Notes under the pieces: generated by a model | Told to the model about the DNA's origin: nothing | Database searches by the model: none | Seen by the model: the letters and a program-made list of their open reading frames with translations, nothing else | Origin: Candidatus Termititenax sp. | GTDB taxonomy: Bacteria; Margulisbacteria; Riflemargulisbacteria; GWF2-35-9; DYQY01 | Direction: 5' to 3' | NCBI GenBank assembly: GCA_020719045.1 | Contig: DYQY01000002.1 | Span: 70,437 to 134,436, forward strand | DNA: 64,000 nucleotides | Translations under genes and position numbers: made by a program | Shown: positions 32,140 to 41,700 of the stretch, piece after piece | Layout of the letters: every line of letters begins with the position of its first letter | Numbering within the stretch: the stretch's first letter is position 1

Positions 32140-32345
32140 TATCACAACCCTACTCCCCCTGTCACTTTGTGACATCCCCCTCATTGAGAGGGACTCTAAA
32201 AGGCTCCCTCGTGGAGGGAGCTGGCAGTCGAAGACTGACTGAGGGAGCATTGCTAACCTCTCCCCGCAGAAGACACACATTAATTTACTTAGGAACTCGG
32301 ATGCTGCGACCCTCTCCATTTCATTCATGAAACGGAGAGGGTAAC
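32140..32345. other. GC-rich island of serial perfect hairpins between argC and lexA. Candidate structured ncRNA or repeat element.
   Basis: Stems read directly: TGTCAC/GTGACA, CCCTC/GAGGG, GCTCCCTC-gtg-GAGGGAGC, CAGTC-gaa-GACTG, CGCAG...CTGCG and CCCTCTCC...GGAGAGGG. Confidence 0.35.
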
Positions 32346-32647
32346 GGCACTAATCATTATTCAAAAATACTTATAACTTCCGTGGGTGAGGTTCGTCGAA
32401 ATATCTGCGATTTTATATTTGCTCAAAACGCTTCGGGACAACTTAACAAAGTAAAAAAATATTTGAGTGCGGAACCTGAACAAGATGACTTTGTAGTAAT
32501 TTTAGGAGCATGCCCACATACGCATAAAAAATATTTTTCCAAATAACCAATGGGTGCGATAAAAATTACCCAAAAGTCACGCAGTGAATTGAAGCACTCT
32601 TGATTTTTTGCTTCGTTTTTTATCAAGAAAAAATGAAGAACAACCTA

Positions 32648-32676
32648 TTGACTTATCTCTTGTACATTTGTACAAT
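32648..32676 (+). promoter_or_regulatory. Sigma70-like promoter (TTGACT-17-TACAAT) overlapped by the palindrome TTGTACA-TT-TGTACAA (32660-32675). Putative LexA/SOS box; the predicted TSS falls at or near the lexA ATG.
   Basis: Hexamers and palindrome read directly; they lie 8 nt upstream of the lexA start. Confidence 0.55.
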
Positions 32677-32682
32677 AAACCT

Positions 32683-33261
32683 ATGGATATCAAAAAAGAC
32701 CTAGAAAAAATAAGAGACTTCTTCAAAAAGCACGATAGGTTACCTAGCCTCGGCGAAATAGCTGACCTCTTCAGCTACTCTTCCCGAAACTCAGCAGTCT
32801 ATTTAGTAAACAAATTAATTGAAAACAATATTATTGAAAAAGACCCCTCGACCGGCAAGCTACTCACAACCCCCATCTTCCATAATAGAGTTAAACTATT
32901 AGGATCTGTAGCTGCCGGTTTTCCAATTGCCGAAGAAGAAGAGCTACAAGGGACAATCTCGCTAGAGGAGTATTTAATAGATAAACCAACCTCTACTTTT
33001 ATGTTAGAAGTAAAAGGCGATTCCATGATAGACGCAGGTATACTACCAAAAGACATGGTACTAGTAGAAAAAGGTCGTTTAGCTAAAAGCGGCGATATTG
33101 TAATAGCCGAAGTCGACGGAGAATGGACAATGAAGTACCTCCGTAAAACTAACGGTAAAACTTACCTACAAGCCGCTAACTCAAAATATCCAGACATCTA
33201 CCCAGAAAAAACAATGAACATTGCTGGCGTTGTTATAAGTACTTGTCGTAAATATGGATAA
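32683..33261 (+). CDS. lexA: LexA-type repressor (S24 peptidase with an N-terminal wHTH). Possibly a LexA/UmuD-like regulator of the downstream polymerase.
   Basis: N-terminal wHTH resembling LexA, and the C-terminal S24 Ser/Lys peptidase domain (GDSM...KYLRK). Confidence 0.75.
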   Translation: MDIKKDLEKIRDFFKKHDRLPSLGEIADLFSYSSRNSAVYLVNKLIENNIIEKDPSTGKLLTTPIFHNRVKLLGSVAAGFPIAEEEELQGTISLEEYLIDKPTSTFMLEVKGDSMIDAGILPKDMVLVEKGRLAKSGDIVIAEVDGEWTMKYLRKTNGKTYLQAANSKYPDIYPEKTMNIAGVVISTCRKYG

Positions 33262-34498
33262 CCGACCTCTTAGCATCATCCATTGGCCACAAGCAATCCT
33301 ACACCTTGATGGTGATAGCTTCTTTGCTTCTGTTGAAAAAGCACTAAACCCAGCACTCAAGGATAAACCAGTAGTTACAGGTCAGGAACGCGGGATAGCG
33401 TCTTCTATGAGTTACGAAGCCAAGAAGCTTGGAATAACCAGAGGAATGCCCATAGCTAAAATAAAACAAGAATATCCCGAATGCATAGTTGTTGCAGGAA
33501 ACTACGAAGCCTACACCATGTTTGCCGGTAAAATATTTAATATCATGCGACGATATACTCCAGCCGTTGAAGAATACTCCATTGATGAAGCCTTTGCAGA
33601 TATCACTGGTCTTAGGAAAATGCACAACTGTAGCTACAAAGAAATCGCAATTAAAATGCAAAAGGACATCATGGACGAGCTTAACATCTCCGTATCTGTA
33701 GGCGTAAGCCTTTCCAAAACATTAGCCAAGCTATGCTCTAACTTCCGAAAACCTTTTGGAATAACTTGTGTAGATGGAACAAATATTCATATCTTATTAC
33801 AAAAGACCCCAATAGAAAAAGTATGGGGTATAGGAAAAAACACAGCCGCCTTCCTTAGAAAATACGATTGCAACACCGCCTATGATTTCATCAAAAAAGA
33901 CCATATCTTTGTAAACAGATATTTGGATAAAAAAGAACGAGAAATATATAACGAACTAAAGGGCGAATATCTATACAAAATTAAAACAGACAAAAAATCA
34001 ACCTATCAAAGTATAAGCAAAGCAAAAACATTCACTCCAACCAAAGATAAGGAAGCTATCCTATCTCAACTATACAAAAACATAGAAGATGCTTGCGCTA
34101 AAAGCAGGAAGTACAATCTGGTGGCAACCAAGTTTACAATTGTCACCAAAACACAAACATTCTTTACTAACGGACAAAAAGTGACACTATCTCGCCCAAC
34201 AGCCTCAGCTAGCGAACTATACAAGATAATCGAACCTCTTCTCGATTCACTAATAATACCAAACATTATTTATCGCCAAACAGCCTGTGTCCTATCAGAC
34301 CTAACGGCCGACAATAACTCTCAACTATCACTATTCGAGGATAATTTAAAAATAGCCAAAATAGAGCACCTTAACAAAACAGTAGACTCATTAAATAAAA
34401 AGTTTGGATATAACACTATTCATTTAGCAAGAAGCTTAAAAGCAAGAAGCTTATACACCAGAGAACTTGCTATCCCTAAACTAAATATAGCCGTATAG
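33254..34498 (+). CDS. Y-family (translesion) DNA polymerase, UmuC/DinB-like
   Basis: HLDGDSFFASVE catalytic motif; 414 aa; overlaps the lexA stop. Confidence 0.8.
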   Translation: MDNRPLSIIHWPQAILHLDGDSFFASVEKALNPALKDKPVVTGQERGIASSMSYEAKKLGITRGMPIAKIKQEYPECIVVAGNYEAYTMFAGKIFNIMRRYTPAVEEYSIDEAFADITGLRKMHNCSYKEIAIKMQKDIMDELNISVSVGVSLSKTLAKLCSNFRKPFGITCVDGTNIHILLQKTPIEKVWGIGKNTAAFLRKYDCNTAYDFIKKDHIFVNRYLDKKEREIYNELKGEYLYKIKTDKKSTYQSISKAKTFTPTKDKEAILSQLYKNIEDACAKSRKYNLVATKFTIVTKTQTFFTNGQKVTLSRPTASASELYKIIEPLLDSLIIPNIIYRQTACVLSDLTADNNSQLSLFEDNLKIAKIEHLNKTVDSLNKKFGYNTIHLARSLKARSLYTRELAIPKLNIAV

Positions 34499-35551
34499 TT
34501 AAATAATAAACTCTACCTCAGAAAACTTCTCAATCAGAATATTCTTTAAATAATGCATAGCAGGCATCTCGCCCTGAAAATGGCCAATGTCCAAAACAGA
34601 AAGCCCCAACTCTTCTGCTTCAACTGCAGAATGGTAATCAATATCCCCTGTAATAAACAAATCAATGTCCATCGAGGCAACCTTACTAATCAAACTCTTG
34701 CCACTACCACCACAAAAAGCAACCCTCTTAACTCTTCTGTCTAAATCAAGATTACCAAAAAGCTTCCCGTCAAATGGAGATAAAAAATCTCTTACAGACT
34801 TTTCGTCTTTTAAAACTACATAACGACCTAACCCAATATTCTTATCTGTATTCTTTAAAAGTATAATGTCGTATGCAGGCTCCTCATATGGATGGATAGA
34901 CTTCATTTTGGACACAACTCTATCTAGGTCTATTTCTTTGACTATTGTTTCTATCCTGACCTCTTCAACTTTCTCTAGTACTCCAGCCTGTCCGATAAAT
35001 GGACTTGCACTATCGTTAGGAAGAAAAGTTCCTTCACCAACTGCACTAAACGAACAGTGCGAGTAATTACCAATATTACCTAAATCTAACTCCAGAAAAG
35101 AAGTCCTAAATTCCTCAAGCTTATCTTTAGGGACGTATACAATTAGTTTATACAAAGCTACAGACAATGGACTCAAAACCCTTATATCTTTAAACCCATA
35201 CTGTTCAGCTAAAACATCACTAACTCCATCTTTGTTTACATCAAAGTTTGTATGAAGCGAATATACAGCAATATCATTCTTAAGCAGAATCTCAATATTC
35301 TTTCCAATATATTTAGCTGTATCTATCTGAATGAGTGGCTTAAAAAATAATGGATGATGTGTCAAAACCAAGTCCACTCTTAAAGCAACAGCTTGTTCAA
35401 CAACTTTTGAAGACAATGTCAAACATAAAAGGACTTTTGAAACCGGCTTATCCTTCGTGCCTAACTGTAATCCACAGTTATCCCAATCATAAGAGTATTT
35501 AGTTGGATACTTAGCTTCTAAAAAACTAACAACTGAGGAAACTTTAAGCAT
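34499..35551 (-). CDS. Nif3-like dinuclear metal centre protein (GTP cyclohydrolase 1 type 2 family), long form
   Basis: THHPLFF motif; 350 aa with an inserted domain. Confidence 0.8.
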   Translation of the reverse strand: MLKVSSVVSFLEAKYPTKYSYDWDNCGLQLGTKDKPVSKVLLCLTLSSKVVEQAVALRVDLVLTHHPLFFKPLIQIDTAKYIGKNIEILLKNDIAVYSLHTNFDVNKDGVSDVLAEQYGFKDIRVLSPLSVALYKLIVYVPKDKLEEFRTSFLELDLGNIGNYSHCSFSAVGEGTFLPNDSASPFIGQAGVLEKVEEVRIETIVKEIDLDRVVSKMKSIHPYEEPAYDIILLKNTDKNIGLGRYVVLKDEKSVRDFLSPFDGKLFGNLDLDRRVKRVAFCGGSGKSLISKVASMDIDLFITGDIDYHSAVEAEELGLSVLDIGHFQGEMPAMHYLKNILIEKFSEVEFII

Positions 35552-36478
35552 TTACGCTAATAAGTTAGGGACATTCTCTTCTCTGGCCCTTTTTGCTATC
35601 CCTTGTTTAATATTTCTCAAGAAATCACCCTTAACAGCAGAAGTTGCTTTATTTAACATTTCAAGCTTAGCTTCAAGCCTATAGGAACCATCACTCATCA
35701 TCGCCTCAGAAGAGAATACGTATTTGTATACATTGTCTTTTTGAGTAGTTGTTTCGAATCTATATGGCCTAACAATTGTTTTAACTCTTTCTTCTTTTGT
35801 ATACAATGAATTTAGTACTCTTTTTCCATGCTCAGTAATATTAAACTTACATTCATGAACAGAACTACCTTTAGATATAACGTTTACAATATCTAGATAA
35901 CTCAAAGTTTTAAAAATGAAAAGGAATATAAACTGTTTATTATTAAACACTTCACCTTTAGAATAATAGAACTTTTCAGGATCGTTATAATCTCTAAAGA
36001 AAGCATATCTAGTTGTTAATAGTCTGTATAATGTCTCAAAAGAAACTACATCCTCATCACAAAGGCCATGCAGAGTTTTCACTATAGATTTACGCTTATT
36101 TACTAAATCAAAATCATTGTTAGTAAAAGGGGTATTAAACACAAGAGGAGATTTATAATATTCATTATAATCTCTAGTAAAAAACAAAAATTTAAACATA
36201 TTATCAAACAAAAAATCAGTACTTTTAATTTTGTTTACTAATTCCTGGTTTACTTTCCATGTTTGGTCTTCAACATAGATAAATTTTGTTATTAATAAAA
36301 AAAGTGAAATATAATTGGCTAAATCTTTTGGGAACTTGTAGTCGGCAGCTAAATTCTTGACCCTTGCTTTTAATGTTTTCCGCTTGTTTAATATATCCAT
36401 CTCTTCTGTATGAACCGAAGACAGATACTCTTCCACAAAACAAATTACATTGCCATGATCCTTATATGTCGCTTCCAC
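35552..36478 (-). CDS. Hypothetical protein with no recognisable domain. It has a GTG start preceded by GGGGGG.
   Basis: Long intact ORF abutting nif3; protein-like composition. Confidence 0.5.
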   Translation of the reverse strand: MEATYKDHGNVICFVEEYLSSVHTEEMDILNKRKTLKARVKNLAADYKFPKDLANYISLFLLITKFIYVEDQTWKVNQELVNKIKSTDFLFDNMFKFLFFTRDYNEYYKSPLVFNTPFTNNDFDLVNKRKSIVKTLHGLCDEDVVSFETLYRLLTTRYAFFRDYNDPEKFYYSKGEVFNNKQFIFLFIFKTLSYLDIVNVISKGSSVHECKFNITEHGKRVLNSLYTKEERVKTIVRPYRFETTTQKDNVYKYVFSSEAMMSDGSYRLEAKLEMLNKATSAVKGDFLRNIKQGIAKRAREENVPNLLA

Positions 36479-36608
36479 TAAATTCCCCCCTTTTAGTTTA
36501 TCGACCGAAACCCCGAATAATCAGTCAAAATAACCCCCCTGTATACAAGGGTCTGAATCTAGTTTACCATAAAAAAACAAAAAGTCAAAACTATGTATAC
36601 AAAAAAGT

Positions 36609-37535
36609 TTACTCGCTACAAAGCACTGAAATGCCCTGTAGTAAATCATAACGAGGGGAAAAAGAAAAATCATTTTTAATTCTAGATATATCTGCTACCG
36701 AGAACTTAATGTCTCCTTTACGTACATCCTTGTATACAACCTGTACATCTTTACTATATACCTTCTGAAAAACCTTAATCAAATCGGTCAAAGAACTCTG
36801 CACGCCAGAACCTACATTGTATATTGAAAAATCAGAATACGACATCATCATCATTATATTAGCGGTTACAATATCTTTAATATACACAAAATCTCTAGTT
36901 TGACTGCCGTCACCAAAAATTGTTACATCTTGTCCCTTAAAAATTCTTTCCTTAAATATAGAAATAACCCCCGAATAATCACTAGAAGGATTCTGCCTTT
37001 CACCGTATACATTAAAATACCTTAAACCCATAAACTGAGTAGAACCTTTTTCACTGTATATCACGGCTAAATCCTCATTAATCATTTTGTGCTCACCATA
37101 TGGGCTTGTTGGATGTAATTGCATAAATTCATTCTTAGGCAAAACAGGGCCATCTCCATATACTGCTGCTGAGGACGCAAAAACGACTTTGTCCACTCCT
37201 GTCCTCTGCGCATGTTTAAATATATTTTCAGTGCCTGCAACATTTACTGATTTTGTATTTTCTGGCTCGTTGATTGATTTCTGAACAGAAGCTATCGCAG
37301 CTTGATGAAAAACAACATCAAACTTTCCCTGCTCAAACAGTTTAGCAACAGCATCTTCATTACGGATATCCATATGTATAAATTCAATATTCTTCTGATC
37401 TATATGAGCTAAATTTTCAAGACTTCCTGAAGATAAGTTGTCCACAATCGTGACTTTATGGTCAAGCAAAACAAGTTCTTCAACAATATGAGAGCCAATA
37501 AATCCAGCGCCACCAGTTACTAATGTTTTATCCAT
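36609..37535 (-). CDS. NAD-dependent epimerase/dehydratase (UDP-sugar 4-epimerase-like SDR)
   Basis: TGGAGFIGSH Rossmann motif and the YxxxK catalytic region; 308 aa. Confidence 0.8.
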   Translation of the reverse strand: MDKTLVTGGAGFIGSHIVEELVLLDHKVTIVDNLSSGSLENLAHIDQKNIEFIHMDIRNEDAVAKLFEQGKFDVVFHQAAIASVQKSINEPENTKSVNVAGTENIFKHAQRTGVDKVVFASSAAVYGDGPVLPKNEFMQLHPTSPYGEHKMINEDLAVIYSEKGSTQFMGLRYFNVYGERQNPSSDYSGVISIFKERIFKGQDVTIFGDGSQTRDFVYIKDIVTANIMMMMSYSDFSIYNVGSGVQSSLTDLIKVFQKVYSKDVQVVYKDVRKGDIKFSVADISRIKNDFSFSPRYDLLQGISVLCSE

Positions 37536-38043
37536 TCAAATACTCCCTTATATTTTTTGTAAACGACTGAGCAGCTAATGCTCCATCTGCCGTAATGATA
37601 TTACCATCAACTTCTACTTCTCTAGCTGTATATATTACTCCTTTATTCATTTTAATTTTTTCTGCATCTCCATGGAAAACCGTTGCTTTCTTGCCATCCA
37701 ATATCCCAGCCCCTGCTAATAGTAATGGAGCCATACATATAGCTGACACAAGCCTATTTGAAGAATAAAAATTATTAATAATTTCCTTTAACGTTAGATT
37801 ATCCAAATAAGAATAGCCACCTGGACCACCGACCAAAATCAGAGCATCAAAATCTTCAGGAACAATATCTTCAATTACATTATTCACCATAAAGGTGCCA
37901 CCTAATTTACCAGTAGCCAAACCTTTCTTGCTCGAGAATACTTTGACATCAAACTCCTCAGAAAGTCCACTATACGGCACGAATAATTCTTCATCCCTAA
38001 ACCCCTCAAAAGCAATGACAACAGCAATACGCTTCATTAGCAC
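37528..38043 (-). CDS. DJ-1/PfpI family protein
   Basis: 171 aa; class I glutamine-amidotransferase-like fold with ICMAP near the nucleophile Cys. Confidence 0.75.
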   Translation of the reverse strand: MLMKRIAVVIAFEGFRDEELFVPYSGLSEEFDVKVFSSKKGLATGKLGGTFMVNNVIEDIVPEDFDALILVGGPGGYSYLDNLTLKEIINNFYSSNRLVSAICMAPLLLAGAGILDGKKATVFHGDAEKIKMNKGVIYTAREVEVDGNIITADGALAAQSFTKNIREYLNG

Positions 38044-38759
38044 AGCCCAATAATTAACTTGACAGGGAAAAACAACACTATAAATATAAACAAGGTCAAA
38101 TGTTCAATCGTAAATCTTCTTCCATCATACACTAATCGTTTCTTTAATATTTGCCTTAAAACAACTATTGATAATACCCCTACCCAAAACAAACTACCTA
38201 TTAACATTAAAAAGATACATACCCTAATAAACATCGAGAAATAGTCATGCCTAAGAACCTCAACACGTAAATCAACAGTTCTATCATAATAATAAAGAAT
38301 AACGGAGATTCCATATGAAACATAAACAGAAAAACAAACAGTAAAAAGCAACATCAAAGTAGCATTATTACTTAAACCAACAATGCTTTTAACTAGCTCA
38401 AAAAAAGAAGTTGTAATAAGTCCATCTCCAATAAAGAAAAACATAGAAGAGAGAATTAAAACGTGCAATGCTTGGTCAATAAAAAAATGAGACAATTCCT
38501 TCTGAATAATATTTCTTTGAAAAAAAAGCTTTATCTTATCTATAAAATAATGTGTCACAGAAACCAAAAGGAGCCATATAAAAAACCCAAAATTTAAAGA
38601 AACTGGAAATAATAAAACAAATGCCAGCAAGAAAAAAATGCCAACATGAAAAAAAATACCAATTTTTGATTTTATTTTTAATTTATACATGAAATTATTC
38701 TGCAAAACAAAATCCGATAACACGTGTGCTAATAACAAACAAACAAATATATTTAACAT
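38037..38759 (-). CDS. Polytopic membrane protein, DUF3307-like
   Basis: LLAHVLSDFVLQ N-terminal motif; 240 aa; multiple TM helices. Confidence 0.5.
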   Translation of the reverse strand: MLNIFVCLLLAHVLSDFVLQNNFMYKLKIKSKIGIFFHVGIFFLLAFVLLFPVSLNFGFFIWLLLVSVTHYFIDKIKLFFQRNIIQKELSHFFIDQALHVLILSSMFFFIGDGLITTSFFELVKSIVGLSNNATLMLLFTVCFSVYVSYGISVILYYYDRTVDLRVEVLRHDYFSMFIRVCIFLMLIGSLFWVGVLSIVVLRQILKKRLVYDGRRFTIEHLTLFIFIVLFFPVKLIIGLC

Positions 38760-38775
38760 TTACTCGTCTCCTTTA

Positions 38776-41700
38776 CTATTTAATATCAAAAACGAAATCA
38801 TAAAATACATCTGGAGAATAGAGCCTACGTGCTCGTATAATATACCTACCGCTTATTGGACTACAAACAACATTATTCTCAACTATTCCATTAGCGTTAG
38901 TTACTGACCTCCTATTAAAGTCCACAATGGCTCCAAGAGGCTTCTGAACCAATTCCCACAAAATAGCATCATACGCTACTTTATTTCTGGTTTTACTATA
39001 AATAACATCAAGAGATAATGGAACCCTTACTACATCTTTCTTAGACAAATATTCGCCAAATCCAGATAATGGCCTTATTAAATATTCACCATCAAAAACT
39101 CTAATATTATACTCAATCTTATTAGCTAGCAAATAAGAACTAATAACTAAACTATACTCACCGGGGTCATCAAAGGTGTTTTCAAATTTATATTCATCAC
39201 CAATAGGAACGATGCGCTTAAGTGTCTTAATACTACCATCTACCTTTGATAAAATACGAATATCTAATTCAATGCCTGATTTACTTTCAACTAACCCAAC
39301 CTTAGGAACAACTAAAAATGAAAATGATTCTGTTTGATTTATAAAGGTCGAGTGATGTAATCTATCGACAACAGCTATATTATATATTGAGCCTGTCTTT
39401 GAATTAAGTTTAAACGACACCTTATCACTCATCCACGGAATCATTCTATTCTTTGCAATAGAAACTGTAACATCTTCAATGTTATTTCGCACATCAGGGG
39501 TTAACAACACCTCAAGCATGGCACTAGGTTCTATAAGCAGTTTCTCAACCTTTCTATTCTTGCCAACCTTAATACTTCCAGCAACAACCCTATCCTTATT
39601 GTTATATATCTTTAAGCGATATGGTTGTTGTCCAACAAACAAATCCATTTTATTTGAACGATTAAAAACTATTTTCTCATTATTAATAACAACCACATCA
39701 TCACCAAAATCAACAGGAGCTGGATCGGCCTGTGACTCTTCTTGCTTAGGATTTTCTGCATCCACTGGTAATCCTACATAATTTAAACTCACTTCACTTG
39801 CCAAATCTTTTACGATATCAACATTAAATATAACTGATGCCCTAGAATTTAATTCAACTACCTTTACAACAAATTTTCTTTCATAAGCCCTATTAATATC
39901 TGGCATAGAGGATCTTCCTTCAGAATCAGTCTTCGTTCTTCTAACAAAAGAAGCATCTTTAGCTACCTCATAAATCTCCCATTCAAGAGGAACGTTAGGA
40001 ACAGGGTTGTTTAGTCTGTCTACAAGTTGAATCTCACATAACCTGCTACCATCATTAACATTAACAACAACTTTTTCTGACTGTAACGGAACGAGCTTTA
40101 ACAACCCACCATCCTTGTTCTTTTCAGCCGATTTCTTTTGTTTGATTTTTTCGCTAACAACAGATAAATCAAAAACGGTTTTAAGTTTATCTTGGAACTG
40201 AGGATAAGCTATTATTTTATACTTCCCTAAAGCTACTGGCGCTGTGAATTTTTGTTTTGCAAATCCATTAACATCTGTTTTACTCATTTTTTCTAAAACG
40301 ACTGCACCTTTAGCGCCTTTTTCATCGCTAATAAGCTGAAATATAATCGGCATATCCTGAACAGAATTACCATGTAAATCAAAAGCTTTAACAACATACA
40401 TCTCAGGAATCTCTTTACCTACTAACACCTCTTGACTGTCCCCTGCAATCTTCTTAATGGATGATACAGAAAGACCAAGCACCTTCACATAATAAGAGAC
40501 ATACTCCCATTTACCGCCTCGTTTATAATAGGCCTTAATCTCTTTAACACCAGGATTCATATCAGCAACAAAATTAAAAGTAGATATCCCACGTCTATCG
40601 GTTTTAACAGTCTGAATATATTGTCTATTTTCACCCTTAACATCTACAGCATATGACCATCTAACTTGTTCTCCAACCATAGGGTTTTCATATATATCAC
40701 TTAACTTAATTGATAAAACCTCAGCCAAAGACGCCCCTGGATTCAAAACCTGATTATTTCCAGAAAGAATTACTGCAGAGTAAAGCACTTCTGGCTTCAC
40801 ATCTACAACAACCGCCTGCTTAACATCATTATCAAAATCAGAATAGACAACCACATTATACCTTCCTGCTTTTTCAGGCATCACAATATCAAACATTGCT
40901 ATACCCTTCGCATCAGTAAATGCATCAGCCCCAGCAGAAGTAGTAACCATCCTTCCAAAGTACATATCCATGCTTAATTTTGCTTTTTCAACAAAGTTTC
41001 CATATCTATCTACCACTCGCGTCTTATAAATCCCTTTATACTGTTTACCAGCAACATACTCTCTACTCTTATCATCTGCATCAACAATAATTAAACTATC
41101 AACACCTGACTCAGTAGCATCAAACTGATAAAAAACTGAACTTGAATAAGAGGCATCTGTAACATACAAATAATACTTTCCTTTATTGTCAGGAACTTGG
41201 AAAGGAAGCACTGTATATCCAGTAGGACTTATCTCAACTTTTTTATTAAAATCATGCTTTAACACTTTTTTCGCATTATTAATACCATAAACAATAGTTC
41301 CCTTAGTTATTAAATTATCATTTTTATCATAGAACTGTGCCCCTACAGAGCTAACTTGTCTAAAAACCGGAAATCTTGGATTATCCTTTGCCACAAGTCT
41401 AATTCTTGTTGGTCTATCAGGAACTGCTTTTACGACTATATCTTTTTCTAAAGTGTTAATTTTGGCAGTATAAATATAATCTCCCTTCAAGTTACCAAGA
41501 ATCGGATTAAATTCTGCCATTCCTTGTCTATTAGTCTTCAGTTGATATACCTGTTCTGATTCTTTGCCTACAATTGCACCAGAAGGAGCTTTTTTCAGTC
41601 TTACTGATAAAAATATATCAACAACTGGAGAAGCATTATTATCAGCAACAAAAACCTGAATTGGCTTATCTAGATTAGAACCAACAACGCCTTCTATAAA

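Noticed and set aside
31150-32328. Long N-terminal extension of the argC ORF (67 extra codons reaching into the GC-rich island)
   Set aside because: The extension lacks ArgC homology and runs through a hairpin-dense GC-rich region where stop codons are rare by composition. The conserved Rossmann start MKNIAIVGATGYTG begins at 32127.
32140-32345. Identity of the GC-rich island as RNase P RNA, tmRNA, SRP RNA or a group II intron domain
   Set aside because: I could not find the hallmark motifs by eye. These include the RNase P GGAAAGUCCGG and AGGGUGAAA motifs, the tmRNA tRNA-like end with GGUUCGA..CCA, and SRP GGAAGCAGCC. The identity is left open.
32608-32682. Alternative lexA start at 32608 (MLRFLSRKNEEQ...)
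   Set aside because: It would place the palindromic operator and the -10 element inside the coding sequence. LexA N-terminal domain homology begins at MDIKKDLEKI (32683).
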